Of a stretch of 64,000 nucleotides of DNA, positions 10,301 through 21,276 are shown piece after piece; position 1 is the stretch's first letter; the number at the start of each line of letters is the position of its first letter. The notes below the pieces were generated by a model. That model did not search any database. It saw nothing but the letters and a program-made list of their open reading frames with translations, and had not been told where the DNA came from. Source of the stretch: a virus; IMG/VR virus record IMGVR_UViG_3300042558_005646; one strand, 5' to 3'. Both the position numbers and the translations under genes were made by a program.

Positions 10301-12952
10301 TACAGATACACCATCAATTATTTGTGTTCCTGTTAGTGAGATATCCCCAGTAGTAGCACATAAAGCATTACTAAAAGAAGTAGTAGGTTGCGAGAATGGA
10401 AGAGACCAATACTTACCTGTAGCATCTTCAATATACTTTGCAGTGTGAGTTATAAATGCTTGATAATCATTCCACCAGATAATATTATTTTTGTAAGTGC
10501 CATCTTGAATCCAATAAATTCCCTTTACTGGCTCGTCAAATATTTGTAATAATTGGCTAAAGTCTCCGTAGTAAAGTCCTTTAGTGCTTGTACCTATTGC
10601 TCCAATGTATAACGCTCTTTGAATAGTGACATCATCTTCAGCATTTTCAACAAAAGTAGTTTTTTGAACAGATATTTCTTCAATTCCAGAAAGATTATAG
10701 ATATTAGTTATTGCAGTACCTGAGCTATTATAAAAACTTGAAATTTCACTCCAATTCCAATTTTGATAAGCTGTATTGTCTGGAATGATACTGTAATAAA
10801 CTTTATCGTTTGTCAAACCATATTGATAAGTTTGATAAGATCCGTCTGCAGTTTTATCAGAAGAAATCTTAAAAGCACTTATGGTTTTTGCTATTCCGCT
10901 TTCTGTTATAGGAAGTTTTAATTCAGACCATACATCCTCAGTATCTTTATAATAAACTTTCCCTAAAGTTGTTGATGCATAAACTTTCTTAAAATAATTT
11001 TCATTTGTCGGATAAATTATATTGTCTTGTAGTGATAATATTTTTCCAAAATCATTTTGCCAGTTTGTAGTTTGTGCTGTGTTGCTATTGATATTAAATT
11101 GAAACAAACCCCTAGAAGAAGCAACATAAATTAAATTTAAACTAGAAAAAATATTTGCACTTTTATAGAAGAAGCATAAACTATCATTGTATTGAATGGA
11201 CGAATTTGTATTCTGAGGATATAAGTATGATTTTCCGATACCTGTTACTAAGAATTTATCAGGAACGAAAGTCAAAGTTTCTTTATATCTATTCTCGCTA
11301 AAATGGTTTATTCTTAAGTTATTGAGTGATATTTTACCAGTTGATATACTGTCTGCAGATAAACTATTGATAAAATCATTTGAAAGTGAATTTCTAATTT
11401 CTTCTTTGCGAGAGATAATAATTACTCTTAAATCTGAAAATGTGAAGTTATCATAGTTAGGTATTGAACTCTTGAGGAGTATTGTTCCAGAATACGGATT
11501 GATTTCATAATTTACTGGTTCAATAAGATTTTCTGACAAATAAACTTTTGCATCATTATATTGAAAATCTGTCCAAGAAAAATAATTGTACTTATCTGTA
11601 GTAACTCCAAGAGCGTCAGTAAATTGATAAATCGTGCCATCTGTCAAACTTATATAACTTTCAAAGACTAATGAACTTGAAAGCAAAGCTTGATTGACAT
11701 CTATAGCAAAAAGAGTTTTGTCAGTAGAATATGGCAAATATACTTCTATTTTAGAAGTTGCCTTTATATTTTGATATAAATATAATTTATTTGTTTCACT
11801 TATTGAATAATCTGAAGTAGAAAGTATAGTTCCATCGAGTTTTACAACAGGAGTGCCGTATCTTGTCAAAGATTCGTTAAAAATTGATCCATCAGACTTC
11901 TTGAGTACAAAAATATTGGTATTGTCATAAGAAAGACTTCCATCATTATTTGATGCAAACAAGACTAGATAATTTCCTAAATCTATTTTGGAAGCTGAAT
12001 TAATTTCTCCCAAATGTTTGTGTTTGAGGTATGAAAGTTGAAGTTGTCTTTGAAATTCTCCTGAAGATTCATTTATTTGATTTCTTCTTTCTTCATATAT
12101 TATTTCTGAAATAACATTATAATCAGTATATGTTGGGTCTGCTTTATAAATTACAGTTGCAAGATAGACTGCATTCGAATATGTGTTGTATTTAGCATCA
12201 GGAATTAATGGGCAAGTAATATTACATACTTCATCAGATAAAGTAGATATTCCAGACTCAGCCCAGACATAAAAAATATTACCAATTGTTTGCCTAAAGT
12301 AATATGGTTTTTCTGTCTTTGCTGCATATTTATCAATGATGCCATCGCCTGTGCTAACTTTTATGCACTGTTTGAAAGCATTTTCAAAATATAAATTACT
12401 TGTATCTAATGTAAAGTTTGACGATGCAACACTGCCAATCCATAAAGTTTTTTGATTTACTGTGCCTGAACTTACATAAACAACAAAGTTATCAGAATAA
12501 TCTGAAGAAGAATTAAGTAAAGAATGTCTAGTCCATGAGCCAGAGGCGACAGTATAAACGCCATTTTGAGAAGATGTGGATTGATTTTTCACTAATACCA
12601 AATCACCAACTACTACAGAAATACCATCTATTGTTTGAGTATTGGATAAAGTAATATTTGTAGTTGTAGCTGCTAAACAAGTTATAGAAAAATTAAGATT
12701 CAATAAAGCAAGTTTTTGACCATATTCGCTTGATGCACTAGAATTGTATCCATCAAGAAGCAAAATTTGATCAGCTCTACTATCTTCTAACTTTGTTACA
12801 TTCCACCCATTGATGATTCCAGGCCCAAAGAAAGAGTATATGCCTGAAAAATTGGTTTCAGCTGTAAGCATATTTTCATAGTCATAACCTGGATACCAAA
12901 TATCGCCAAACGATGAATATAAAAACTTGTAAATTGATGTACGATTAGCCAT
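4379..12952 (-). CDS. Giant multi-domain virion protein, probably tail fibre or baseplate appendage (2857 aa)
   Basis: Two copies of the phage fibre module xATTxNITLxxxQxIDGxxVxxGxxVLVKNQxxxxxNGxY; BNR-like propeller motifs (IYIGTNDGVYRSFDEG, NNGIWYTLDDG); six ~40-aa beta modules; two C-terminal Ig-like repeats (RWYRTR...VTLEPND; IEWFEW...FIVKPYDG). No signal peptide. Confidence 0.7.
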   Translation of the reverse strand: MANRTSIYKFLYSSFGDIWYPGYDYENMLTAETNFSGIYSFFGPGIINGWNVTKLEDSRADQILLLDGYNSSASSEYGQKLALLNLNFSITCLAATTTNITLSNTQTIDGISVVVGDLVLVKNQSTSSQNGVYTVASGSWTRHSLLNSSSDYSDNFVVYVSSGTVNQKTLWIGSVASSNFTLDTSNLYFENAFKQCIKVSTGDGIIDKYAAKTEKPYYFRQTIGNIFYVWAESGISTLSDEVCNITCPLIPDAKYNTYSNAVYLATVIYKADPTYTDYNVISEIIYEERRNQINESSGEFQRQLQLSYLKHKHLGEINSASKIDLGNYLVLFASNNDGSLSYDNTNIFVLKKSDGSIFNESLTRYGTPVVKLDGTILSTSDYSISETNKLYLYQNIKATSKIEVYLPYSTDKTLFAIDVNQALLSSSLVFESYISLTDGTIYQFTDALGVTTDKYNYFSWTDFQYNDAKVYLSENLIEPVNYEINPYSGTILLKSSIPNYDNFTFSDLRVIIISRKEEIRNSLSNDFINSLSADSISTGKISLNNLRINHFSENRYKETLTFVPDKFLVTGIGKSYLYPQNTNSSIQYNDSLCFFYKSANIFSSLNLIYVASSRGLFQFNINSNTAQTTNWQNDFGKILSLQDNIIYPTNENYFKKVYASTTLGKVYYKDTEDVWSELKLPITESGIAKTISAFKISSDKTADGSYQTYQYGLTNDKVYYSIIPDNTAYQNWNWSEISSFYNSSGTAITNIYNLSGIEEISVQKTTFVENAEDDVTIQRALYIGAIGTSTKGLYYGDFSQLLQIFDEPVKGIYWIQDGTYKNNIIWWNDYQAFITHTAKYIEDATGKYWSLPFSQPTTSFSNALCATTGDISLTGTQIIDGVSVSAGNIVLVKNQTTKSENGIYVASAGSWTRSTELDVNAEFINWKTVYVLSGTINADSSWHLVVEDAFNFGTSDVVWEVQRLKIYQNSTPTGAGSSNIINCVVQRNSTTFPTDYLVGHSNGIARLQETSFGSTTAYTELFWEPVFQGSVNALYSYDDTSNYGKLYAGTNNGIFISTELLWQDVNISNTLSLDYRWKRANDTFSENDTEFAVFDKEYNQITSFSLNYPYQMVSIGTSYVPGNQLFYERSFNTFTTNPWNNTQTDSTRIITYINNEPSTIPFYSNASEGKITFTQSVLKKDIDNVKLSVVHDFPTISDAGTKPHSSTFVPLYKTKKPIALLARANSNTDTKIYVNQDIENYSLIELKNGNNYEIAIIKSIDNTSFPSEISLSVARLTSTTTFDVGTEVYGIKNEIVSGLEDDLYLAISNQTYNLASENNSNIQELARKIKSINSTIFDFTAPFISQTDTRGLKNTLLINNFSSNASFDSLNSSFKNRTELIPTVNDFESDPIQVKGIIGLTKDGTGTRIITEKGVWKYTGYWELESTLDSAFDTSYISYNPNLEIIVGASNGLWKFDTTWQKQTSSARQNAYLTGFWNGSLFEAFATSDGLSIKLGSTTFLSDFLKLTSNNVNGLFKGTYTKNSAGTVSEFESLHAAGDDGYYVMTNSTQYSTFSSFLVPRKMFNAGNPEGVNKFYKSFQAYSVPSLTKKSEYANPLFILTNDGILKVRNWKYSYPDDLNSSDFIVESRYLRGLHCFSYAIDTEAAIGSTPGKSKIYIGTNDGVYRSFDEGNSFERSDYIGTLPTCVYDLQVFSSTFDSITQNVLVACSNNGIWYTLDDGDCWYRTGENTSEGYSPVLFASKPSNDIRFINNDSSSVGYLAQTFTTSSTASTISKVSAFLSIREQDNIANSSYNDSLANTTLTAYVYSVDANIRPQTQLAASSPITSSSVNVGGFTSFNLISALDIPGTGSTTLALVIKETASSIPIFKWKKASTSNPYSGYGYTSANAITWTGISTSYDFFFQAHYDNAYAPIETIVPIGNYNNTEVNWDSGKSKGVISSDDGYLYLKPKFVISNVFDNSASMKMSSGFSNDFNNLITNIFTRTNQQYYAQFSFADLWTFGTSIKHETGSGFTNSGIAITSIIGSLKYDGDNSNLYDCLEYALIGQQPAAISGIADTSLISTYKDYLSDENLIRLDLLKTRYKNESNKQLNLVPKTGSSTGSTLTFSTDGTNTFTWNTTDYPYAEVVKNGTTLGSGFTVIPSTGKVSFTSSIGSTDSVVVYLRQDWNGLADTIPANTTVSKYMMERLASLYIPLTFVVSDADNDNAVSILSLENNINYSWGNQGTKLVAFGVDDKINSGNLRQLVQNTSGLYFDASSSYWAGITTSLLHGGVNSLFAGYWKKEVEFDTPKFIKSITTAYTVSTGQSVDSACTVKYKYSSDKKNYSDWITLTSTSTLNKEITNLNFQIDMTEGWNNVTSLPVSPYVSQLYYIEVSPAVNYFFTTALTSTDDIFEYILSTDYSDTDKAKLTWGICKGNSTNWNDYEELIKNNNGIISSRQRSYKYTNVASFEKLTCIKSVNNNFTYFVYNNNERFTWSLTDTVEVYLNSSLLTSNLYTIDNVNGTITFRQEVLSGNLVQVSISRIGTRYEAFGEGTVSTDYKNYFAINGRWPEDSKIVVLINNEIVRGGYKLDRYDGKIIFDTNKSSSDIITVFILQSSDYRLGLKVETYASTASSTYNFEFTQNSVPNSNVYSHYLNTNIPSLKAESLALKSDVSFASVGSSTQIASSSRIYVDYNYLSDNKQYKPKTRWYRTRVSGGGTTTIELDSSPNYRDRLVQRKSDLNAANDYFKINDIVYVTLEPNDNFDYGIMYTSEPIVIRSLSAPYVYDVQIKSLNTIIDNKISANSSLQAYYNFNGSSDLSTIEWFEWTNGVSNKISEGSLLNPAVVLRNMAISFIVKPYDGTTYGTPIESQVLYIV

Positions 12953-12957
12953 ATTGT

Positions 12958-15900
12958 CTATAAACTTGGATTGAATTTGATGCTAGCATCTCCTATATCA
13001 AGTTGTACGGCAAAATCATAGACCATAGATGGAGTTGTTCCTACACTTGTAAGAAAAATTCCAAATCTAATTTTGCTTGATGCTTCTGATAATTCGAATG
13101 TTTGATTAGGCGAAATTACTGTGTAGTTAGCAAAATTAAATGTTTCATTAGTGTCATCAGAAGTTGTGTATCCGTACACGATGCTACCATTGTTTTTTAA
13201 TTCGTTAGAGGATAATAATCCTCTTTTAATCATTGGAGCATCAGTGTCATAATTAGATGTATCAAACATTCTTGTGAAGAAATAGCTGCCTGTTGATGAA
13301 GTGTAAGAAATAGTCAAAGACAGCAATTCTGGAGTGACATTTGGAGTAGCAGTTATCAACTCTACTTTGTATTGCAACCATTTTCCTGAATATGCAGATA
13401 AATCTACTGACAGTGATTGTGTAGTTGTTTGTGCAAGACTGTCATTGATTGTGGACAATGACTGAGGATCTCCGTATGATGCAGCAATACATTCTGCTCT
13501 TGTATTGCCAGTTTTTACATAAATATTAACTTGTGTGCCGTTATCTAATGAAGAATCTGGGCTTGATGGATATTTATTTAAAATTAAGGCAACAATCTGT
13601 GTCCACGTAATAAGTGTTGGAACATAAATTGGCTGAACTTCATAAATTCCATACTCTCTGATTTTACGGTCAGGAGCGTAAACTGGGTAAGTTCTTGAAG
13701 GGGGAACATAAATCCCCTTCCTAGATAGCGAGTTGTCAGCATTCTTTTGAATTTGATAGATAACGCCTGAATTATTAGTCGTAGATAAATTCTGGTTATT
13801 AGAATTAGTATTTGTCGTTGTTGTGGGTGTAGTATTTGCATTTGTTTGACCCTGTGTTGGATTATTATTCTGGTTGTTCTGAGTATTTCCAGTCACAGGA
13901 TTGATTGTTGTATTTGAATTTGAGACAATAGTAGTGTTGGTGTATTGAATAAATGAACTTGTGTTATTTGCTGTATTTGCCACCTGTATCATTCTGTCAC
14001 TTACTAATGGAAATCCAGAAGCATGAGCTGGAAGAGCTACGCCTTGAATGTTGCCTGCTTCATCCTTGAATCTAGCATAAATATATCTACTGTTGTTTTC
14101 ATATGGAGTTGTAGTAAATTCATAAACACTACCATCCATTCCAGCACCGTAGAATGTATTTCCAATTGCAGTGACAGATTTTATTTTACTTGAGCCGTAG
14201 AATTGCGAAGATGGAATTGCTTCAAATGTTTCTCCAGCTGCTTTTTGCCACAATAATTTAAAAGTAGTTCCAGACCCAACATTATTAGTAGTTTGAAGCT
14301 TTATCTTGAGTAAATCGCCTTCTGTTGTATTAAAAGCGTTTGTTGAATAAAGAGTCGTTAAATTTGTAGATTGATTATAATTACTTATTTGTAGAGTATC
14401 ATTAACAAATAAATTATACCCAACACTACTATCAATTCTAAATGATAATGCGCCATCTTTTGAAGCTAACACTGCCCCTTCAAATGAAACAGAACTATTT
14501 GTAAAACCTGTTGGAGGGATAAATGAACTTCCAATAGCTCCTGTGTAATTTATTGCTTGAGTTTGACCTCTATATGCAACAAAATTGTAGCTTTCAATGT
14601 CTCCTAAATCTGTCCAAGTAATACCAGATCCAGTGTAAGATCTCCAAGTAGAGTTTAGTTGATTTGTATCATAAGAATATGAAACTATTTTTTTAAAACC
14701 ATTTATTGACTTAAAATATCCATAAGTTCCATTATCAGCGCTAATAAAAATATAGTTGCCATTTGGGTCATCATAAATATAATGAATATGGTCAGCATAA
14801 GTGTCATAAAGTTTAGACCAAGAATTAGCTGTTGCATTTGTAAACGATAGCTCCCAAATTTGGCCTCCTCTAAATCCTGCTACAACTGAATTTCTTGTAA
14901 TTGATTTTGCAAGATACTCAACATTGTCAAAGTTTGAGGATAATGTTTGTACCCATTCAGAATTGTAATATTTATAAACTGCAGACGCTGCACTTCCATA
15001 ATCTCCACCAACACCTACATACAAAGTGAAATCTTTAGCCGTTAATGCAGATACTTGGTCATATGAAAATGTCTTGATTTCTGTTATGGATTTACCATTG
15101 TACTGATAAACTGAGCATATACTTGTAGAGCCTTTAGTTGATCCAAGGAATAAATTATTTCCCAATGATGTTATAGAAACAATAGGCTTTAGTAATTTAT
15201 AATTGGTTGTTGACAAAGGATCTTTGGCATTTAATACACTCCAAAACTCTCCATTAAAAGATGTGAAAACAAGTCCATAGTTTGTTCCAGCGTAAGCTCT
15301 TCCATTGTAAACATGAATACAAGTAATTTGATATTTTTCGTTTACAAGTGATTCATTGAGAATTTCATATATAGCACCGTCTTTATAAACGAACATTTTG
15401 TGATTTGCTGCAATAAGAACTTTGTCATTGAATGTTGCAACTGCTGTAATTTCAGAAGAAGCATTTCCTGTTTTTTTGGACCACAAATATGCTGCATTAG
15501 TAAGATCAATATTTGTAAAGGTAGTTTCACCAGCAGAAAAATCTATGAATCCTTTTGCATCTGCATTTGGAAAAGATGTTGCATCTCTAAAATCTGAGAA
15601 TCTTGATATTTGTGCTGATACTACATCTGAAAATTGATCATAAGCAGCAATAGTTATGTCCCCACGTTGATCAATCGTAAAATAATCTCCCTGATATGCA
15701 ATACGGGCAGCATACAAAGAAAGTGGTGTTGTAAAAGTAAAGTTTAAATAATCTGTTGTTTCTGAATCTGCAATATTTTCAACAATATCTTCCCAGTCAG
15801 ATGTTTTGGTTTTTTTTACTTGCAGGATATAAGTCTTGGTATTCTTAGCAGTTGCACCAACAATTAAATTTGTAACAGTTGGATAAATATTGTTTGTAGA

Positions 15901-16803
15901 GTTAGTTAGATCTTCATAAACTGGATCAAACTTTTTATAGATGTAATTTGATTGATCATTGCCAATAACTTCAAATTTTGAAAGATCAGAACTTCCGCCA
16001 TAAACAGATACCTCTTTAAGTGGAATTTCAAATAAATCAAGTAAATAATCTTTAGAAGACAATTCCGCTGATGCTGTATTGAATGCTGTAATTTTATAAT
16101 ATGGTGAAGTATTTGCTATTCTAATCCAAGTTGTATTTGTAGAGTCATAATATGCAAATTCAGAAGATGTATTTGTGAAATTAGCAATATCTATAGTAGC
16201 CTGCCCAACAACGGCTATAGGTAAGTTGTCTAATGTTATATGAATCCAGTAAGTTGTATCTGCTGTTAAAGTAATTCCAGTATTTGTAAAGGAATATGAA
16301 TCAAAAGAAGTAGTCAAATCATCAAATTGTATTGATGAAAAACTGCCAAGCGATGCAGAAGGAGCATCATTTGTGGAATCATGAGTATATAAAGCAACAT
16401 TAATTCTGTCGCCAAGATTTACAATGCTTCCAGTTTTTTTGAGTTTCAAAAATATTGTTGAAATATTTTGTGCTTTATCGGAAACAATCTTAAATGCATT
16501 TATAGTTTTAGAAAATGAATAAGATGTAGTTGTGTCAGTGTATTCGGTAGTTATAGAAGAATATCCAGTGCCAGAAAAATAATGCACTTTAATTCCTGGA
16601 TCTACATCATTTGACTTTCTGTTAAGTATTAATATGCCTTTTGGTGGGACAGTATCATAAATTACGCTTGCATTGGGATAAAATTCGGATTTAACAAATA
16701 CATCCGTAGTTTCATCTTCAATTTCATAACCTATCGAAGTACCATTGTTGAGAGCTTCGTTCCAATACTTTGGATCGAAAAATCCGTTATTATCATACCC
16801 CAT
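12958..16803 (-). CDS. Virion structural protein with jelly-roll, beta-propeller and PA14-like domains (1281 aa)
   Basis: Propeller blades ([42 protein letters not shown]); PA14-like [30 protein letters not shown]...IKLQ...FKLLWQK at about 14195-14660; N/Q/T-rich linker at about 13790-13930. Confidence 0.65.
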   Translation of the reverse strand: MGYDNNGFFDPKYWNEALNNGTSIGYEIEDETTDVFVKSEFYPNASVIYDTVPPKGILILNRKSNDVDPGIKVHYFSGTGYSSITTEYTDTTTSYSFSKTINAFKIVSDKAQNISTIFLKLKKTGSIVNLGDRINVALYTHDSTNDAPSASLGSFSSIQFDDLTTSFDSYSFTNTGITLTADTTYWIHITLDNLPIAVVGQATIDIANFTNTSSEFAYYDSTNTTWIRIANTSPYYKITAFNTASAELSSKDYLLDLFEIPLKEVSVYGGSSDLSKFEVIGNDQSNYIYKKFDPVYEDLTNSTNNIYPTVTNLIVGATAKNTKTYILQVKKTKTSDWEDIVENIADSETTDYLNFTFTTPLSLYAARIAYQGDYFTIDQRGDITIAAYDQFSDVVSAQISRFSDFRDATSFPNADAKGFIDFSAGETTFTNIDLTNAAYLWSKKTGNASSEITAVATFNDKVLIAANHKMFVYKDGAIYEILNESLVNEKYQITCIHVYNGRAYAGTNYGLVFTSFNGEFWSVLNAKDPLSTTNYKLLKPIVSITSLGNNLFLGSTKGSTSICSVYQYNGKSITEIKTFSYDQVSALTAKDFTLYVGVGGDYGSAASAVYKYYNSEWVQTLSSNFDNVEYLAKSITRNSVVAGFRGGQIWELSFTNATANSWSKLYDTYADHIHYIYDDPNGNYIFISADNGTYGYFKSINGFKKIVSYSYDTNQLNSTWRSYTGSGITWTDLGDIESYNFVAYRGQTQAINYTGAIGSSFIPPTGFTNSSVSFEGAVLASKDGALSFRIDSSVGYNLFVNDTLQISNYNQSTNLTTLYSTNAFNTTEGDLLKIKLQTTNNVGSGTTFKLLWQKAAGETFEAIPSSQFYGSSKIKSVTAIGNTFYGAGMDGSVYEFTTTPYENNSRYIYARFKDEAGNIQGVALPAHASGFPLVSDRMIQVANTANNTSSFIQYTNTTIVSNSNTTINPVTGNTQNNQNNNPTQGQTNANTTPTTTTNTNSNNQNLSTTNNSGVIYQIQKNADNSLSRKGIYVPPSRTYPVYAPDRKIREYGIYEVQPIYVPTLITWTQIVALILNKYPSSPDSSLDNGTQVNIYVKTGNTRAECIAASYGDPQSLSTINDSLAQTTTQSLSVDLSAYSGKWLQYKVELITATPNVTPELLSLTISYTSSTGSYFFTRMFDTSNYDTDAPMIKRGLLSSNELKNNGSIVYGYTTSDDTNETFNFANYTVISPNQTFELSEASSKIRFGIFLTSVGTTPSMVYDFAVQLDIGDASIKFNPSL

Positions 16804-18310
16804 AATTTGATATTATAAGCGGTTCAAAATTTGCAACATAATTACTTGAGCTATCTCGTAATGCTGCAGCTCCGCCATCCCCACTATAACCAACTTTGAC
16901 TATACTGTTATAATCAATTTTATTGTAAAGAGATAATTTTACATCTGTGGCAAATGTAACTCCCAAACCAACTGCTGATTTTATAGGAGTGAATTGACCA
17001 TTGATAGACACAAAAAATGTTTCGATGCCTGTTGAAGGAAGCATAGGTCTAGATCTATTTTCTGTAAATTTTAAATAAATATCTTGCCCATCTTTATCTA
17101 TATAACTATTTGATCTATCTAAAGTTGGAGCAGTTGTGTCAGTTAAATTATTGACTGCTATGATAGGACTAGAAAGTGTTGCAACTTTATTGGCATTTGA
17201 AGTTCTATCAGTTATAAAATTAGATACAGGCTGGTTATAACTTACAGACACAATATCTTCAGGGCCAAAATATGAAGACATTATCAGCGAATAAAGAGTT
17301 GTTGCAATCCCAGCATACAATAAAGCAGTTGCACCAACACTAGATATAGTTTTTGCTACACTAGAGTACGAAACTCCAAATCCAGTGGGTGATGCTGGAG
17401 TTGTAGTTGTTGACATTCTCACATAAACAATATTTCCAGAAACACCAGTACCTGTGTATGCTTGAGTAATTCTCGGTAAAAAAGTAGTGCTTGTAAGATT
17501 AGTTACTGCACTTCCAGCAAATGAAACAGCGTAAGTTAGGCCTGTACCAGTGCTATCTTTAATTTTGAAAAAATCAGATACTGGTTGAGTGTATGTAAGA
17601 GTGACTGGATTTGTTCCATCATTTACACCCAATCTTGAATTTAAGTCAAGAACTAAGACTTTACCGTTTGTAGCGCTTGTAGGGTCCAAAACATATGCGT
17701 TTGAAATTGCAATTCCAGAACCATTTTGGCTAACCGCAAAACCACTTATGCTTGAAGTTGGAAGAAGGGGTGGAGTAGCTTCTGTGTAATAAACGTAAAC
17801 TTTTGTTCCGTCTGTACTTGTAGTTGAATAATTGTATACAGGAGGGTTGGCTTCTTTGGTAAGATTTGAAATACCAACGCCTGTAAATGATGATACAAAT
17901 GATTTTTGTGTATCGTTGTCGGATAATTTTGCGACTGTGCTGCCAAAACCAGTAGCATTGTAAGATACAAAGACTGTTTGTGCAGTTAAAGCTACTCCAC
18001 TTCCATTATACGAAGAATCTACAATTCTGTTTGCATCTGATAAAATTAATTGTAATGTCTTCGGTGAACTGGCATCAACAAAAGTTGATGATGGGGTGAT
18101 TGTAGTTGCAATAGCTCCAAAATTTTTACTTACGGAAAATCTTAATTCCAAACCAGTAGCAGGCTCTAGTCCTGTGCTATCTATATCTTCAAAGTTTAAA
18201 TAAATTCTTTTACCATCAAAAGAAGTATATGATAGATTGGTCAAGCTTGTAGATATTCCAGGACTAGCGCCACTGAAAGCTATAAATGTATTTCTCAAAT
18301 TTTCACTCAT
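16793..18310 (-). CDS. SwmB-type repeat protein, about 4 Ig-like repeats (505 aa)
   Basis: Repeats of the form DGxxIYLxFxE...PxxxxxxFxVSxNG...LxLxL...VxVSYxQP...xxDxxxNxxAxF, matching the SwmB/SWM repeat pattern by eye. Confidence 0.65.
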   Translation of the reverse strand: MSENLRNTFIAFSGASPGISTSLTNLSYTSFDGKRIYLNFEDIDSTGLEPATGLELRFSVSKNFGAIATTITPSSTFVDASSPKTLQLILSDANRIVDSSYNGSGVALTAQTVFVSYNATGFGSTVAKLSDNDTQKSFVSSFTGVGISNLTKEANPPVYNYSTTSTDGTKVYVYYTEATPPLLPTSSISGFAVSQNGSGIAISNAYVLDPTSATNGKVLVLDLNSRLGVNDGTNPVTLTYTQPVSDFFKIKDSTGTGLTYAVSFAGSAVTNLTSTTFLPRITQAYTGTGVSGNIVYVRMSTTTTPASPTGFGVSYSSVAKTISSVGATALLYAGIATTLYSLIMSSYFGPEDIVSVSYNQPVSNFITDRTSNANKVATLSSPIIAVNNLTDTTAPTLDRSNSYIDKDGQDIYLKFTENRSRPMLPSTGIETFFVSINGQFTPIKSAVGLGVTFATDVKLSLYNKIDYNSIVKVGYSGDGGAAALRDSSSNYVANFEPLIISNYGV

Positions 18311-21276
18311 TATGGGTTGATATTTCCGTAGTGTCCGCTCAAGAACAATTTGCCTTTATAACTAATTGCTGTCAACGGCCTGATAACGCCATACAGATTA
18401 TAATTACCAGCATTGTCAAAAATCTTTTTTCTTGCAAAATTGATGTCTTCTAGGTACCAACTTTCTGAATCTGATTTGTAATAGAAAATCTTGCTTTGTC
18501 TGTCGTCAGGATTTTCTGAAATTTTGTCGCTTATAAAACCATCTGTAGCACAATATAATGTTCCATCGTGATAAGTAAATAACCTAACACCACCAGTTGA
18601 AGGAAGTTTTACAGACTGATTGAAATCAACAACTTTACAATTTGTTGGGACATAAATTTCACCTATAATAAATGAAACTCCTGAGTAGCCAACCAATGAA
18701 TCTCCAGCATTGTTATCAATTTTTCCAAATTGTATAAATGGATGGTCGTAATCAAAGCTATTTGCTGTTGAATCTAAATACTTAGAGCTGTATGTGTCAA
18801 GAGAAATAAAGTTTTTCTTTTCTAAAAATGGATTTTTTTGTTGACCCAAGTAAATTTTTATATCACGGTCTTCAACTATCCATCTTATTCTTGAAAGTTT
18901 ATTATTGATATCAAAAACATCTTCAATCGATTGAATTTGAATTAAGTCAATAATAATCTCGTCAGGTCTATCAGCATTTTCAGGAAGATCTACAAATTCT
19001 ATTTGCAGCCTTCCAACAGTACCTTTCCAAATAGGCTCAATCTTGTATTGAATATAATCATCAGACGAATGCAAAGCTGTCTCAGCACTTATATTGAAAA
19101 TACCTCCATCATAAGCCCAATAAGCTTTTATTTTTCCAAGACTTAATACTTTTGACTTTGGTTTAGCTTTTACTCTAATTGAAATTACAGAATCTAAATC
19201 AACATCAATGCTTAAATTATCAACATAAATTGATGGATTTCCTGTTAAAGCGGGAATAATCTTTAGAACATATTTGTCATAAGGATCATTGAAGACATCA
19301 TAATTTGTTTCAGTTGTAGCAGATAAATTACTAACAAATTGACCAATAGTCCAAGACTGCACACTAGAGGAGACTACTCCGTTTGAAACACTATAAAATT
19401 GCCAGTCTGCTACCAATCCAGTTGTGACTAATGCTTTTTCAACAAGATTCAATCCACTAGAAAGCTTTAATGTTGATGAATTAAACTCGATTGAATATTG
19501 TCCGTAAAGATCTGCAATTTGAAAACCTTGATATCCAGAAAGTGAATTTGTAGGGATTTGTTCAGAACTATTTAATGTTGTTTCGTTTCTCAAGTCAGAT
19601 GATGTTGCAGCTTGGCTAGAATTCAAGTTGATAACTTCAGCTTCAAAAGTATAGCTTGGCTTTGTTATCAAAAAATTTCCAGATGACAGATAATCTGTGT
19701 AATTCAAAATATATCTGTTGCCAGTGTTGATGTATCCAGTTTCAATATAGAAACCGAGCTTAGTACTTCCAGAAACAATATATTGAGTAATGTTTACAAG
19801 GGATGGAGTATTATTAGCACCATTGTAAACATAAATTCCATTGAAAATACTATTTGTGCCTGAAGCAGTCTGATCTTTAAGTAGAAAAAGATCATTTACA
19901 ATCAAATCATATCCATCAAGAGAAGTAAAATTATTCCAAGTTGTTATTGATTCCCAAGATGCACATTTGACATTAATAAAATTTTGACTTGGAAGATTAT
20001 CTCGTAAAAGTTGTTCCCAATCAGATCCTTCAGAAATTTCATATAATCTAGCACCATAAGTTGTAGCTCCAGTAGAAGATCTTGTATTGCCTTTGACTAC
20101 TAAAAATTCATCAAATTGCGCTGGATTATTTTCTACATGAAATCTTGCAATTGCCACATTTTCATCATTTCTTGACAAAGTATTGTTGTCATATGAGTAA
20201 AATTGTGCTGGAGCTGGATCATTCATAAAAACTTCATCAAATAAAATTGATGTCCAACTTTCATCTATTGTTGGGTTGGAAAGTGGAACTTCAGAGTAAG
20301 ACCAAATTTCAGGCTTTTTATCAATTCCAGCTAATACTTGATTTTTACCAACGGCCAAGCATCTAACTCCAAAATCTGTTGCCTCATAATCAGTAATATT
20401 ATTTGCAATCAATGTTGAAGTTTCAAGAGTTTCAGTTTCTGTTTCCTTGACAATGACTTCCTCAGTAATTAAGTTTGTAGGCTGTGATAAAGAAATATTT
20501 AGCGATCTAGAGTATCTATGAACTTTTTTATTCAAAGCTCCAAGAAAAAGCTTGTTATAAGCAGAAACCATTGAAAGAATTCCACCTGTATTTGCTGCTA
20601 ATTCACCTAATGGGTAAACTTGTTCCCATTGACTTCCATTATATGCTGTACTTAATTTTGATCTAAATAATCTTGGTAATTGATCTGAAGCAACATACAA
20701 ATAAGGTTCAGTTTCATGTTCAAACTTATGAGAAATCATTGTAGAAGCAGAAAGATCTACACTATTGTCTTGAAGAATGAATACTGGACCACTAATATAT
20801 TCGCCATTGTAGAACCAGATTTTTCCTGATACGCCAGAAAGATAAATTCCACCATCAGAAGCAACCATAGAAGTAATTGCTCTTTCTGCTTGATTTTCAA
20901 GATCAATAATTTTTTCAAATGAGACAAGATTTGCTATATGAATTGAAGCGTAATATCTTTCCAAAACTACATTTACAATAGAACCATCTACTGGAGTTTC
21001 AAAAATAAGATAATTATTATAATCATCAACTCCATAATTTACCGAAGAGTTGACAAACAATTCATCATTTGAACTTACTTTATAAACTCTACCTAAGTCA
21101 TTTGTATTTGTGCCGACTAACTTGAATGCAGTCCCGGCAGTGTAAGCTGGATCAAGACTATCTACTAAGGAAATATTTGTAAATCTTTTCTTTGATATTC
21201 CAGAGAAGTATAATATTTTTTCGCTATCATTAGGTCCTTTCCAAGAACAACTAGCTGTAAAAATTGTCGGCACCAT
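18310..21276 (-). CDS. Virion structural protein with a discontinuous beta-propeller and a putative carbohydrate-binding insert (988 aa)
   Basis: Blades [31 protein letters not shown] and [15 protein letters not shown], then C-terminal blades [15 protein letters not shown] and [12 protein letters not shown]; one degenerate fibre module; TAATG coupling at both ends. Confidence 0.55.
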   Translation of the reverse strand: MVPTIFTASCSWKGPNDSEKILYFSGISKKRFTNISLVDSLDPAYTAGTAFKLVGTNTNDLGRVYKVSSNDELFVNSSVNYGVDDYNNYLIFETPVDGSIVNVVLERYYASIHIANLVSFEKIIDLENQAERAITSMVASDGGIYLSGVSGKIWFYNGEYISGPVFILQDNSVDLSASTMISHKFEHETEPYLYVASDQLPRLFRSKLSTAYNGSQWEQVYPLGELAANTGGILSMVSAYNKLFLGALNKKVHRYSRSLNISLSQPTNLITEEVIVKETETETLETSTLIANNITDYEATDFGVRCLAVGKNQVLAGIDKKPEIWSYSEVPLSNPTIDESWTSILFDEVFMNDPAPAQFYSYDNNTLSRNDENVAIARFHVENNPAQFDEFLVVKGNTRSSTGATTYGARLYEISEGSDWEQLLRDNLPSQNFINVKCASWESITTWNNFTSLDGYDLIVNDLFLLKDQTASGTNSIFNGIYVYNGANNTPSLVNITQYIVSGSTKLGFYIETGYINTGNRYILNYTDYLSSGNFLITKPSYTFEAEVINLNSSQAATSSDLRNETTLNSSEQIPTNSLSGYQGFQIADLYGQYSIEFNSSTLKLSSGLNLVEKALVTTGLVADWQFYSVSNGVVSSSVQSWTIGQFVSNLSATTETNYDVFNDPYDKYVLKIIPALTGNPSIYVDNLSIDVDLDSVISIRVKAKPKSKVLSLGKIKAYWAYDGGIFNISAETALHSSDDYIQYKIEPIWKGTVGRLQIEFVDLPENADRPDEIIIDLIQIQSIEDVFDINNKLSRIRWIVEDRDIKIYLGQQKNPFLEKKNFISLDTYSSKYLDSTANSFDYDHPFIQFGKIDNNAGDSLVGYSGVSFIIGEIYVPTNCKVVDFNQSVKLPSTGGVRLFTYHDGTLYCATDGFISDKISENPDDRQSKIFYYKSDSESWYLEDINFARKKIFDNAGNYNLYGVIRPLTAISYKGKLFLSGHYGNINP

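Noticed and set aside
13790-13930. N/Q/T-rich low-complexity stretch as a special repeat element
   Set aside because: It is an in-frame flexible linker without tandem DNA periodicity.
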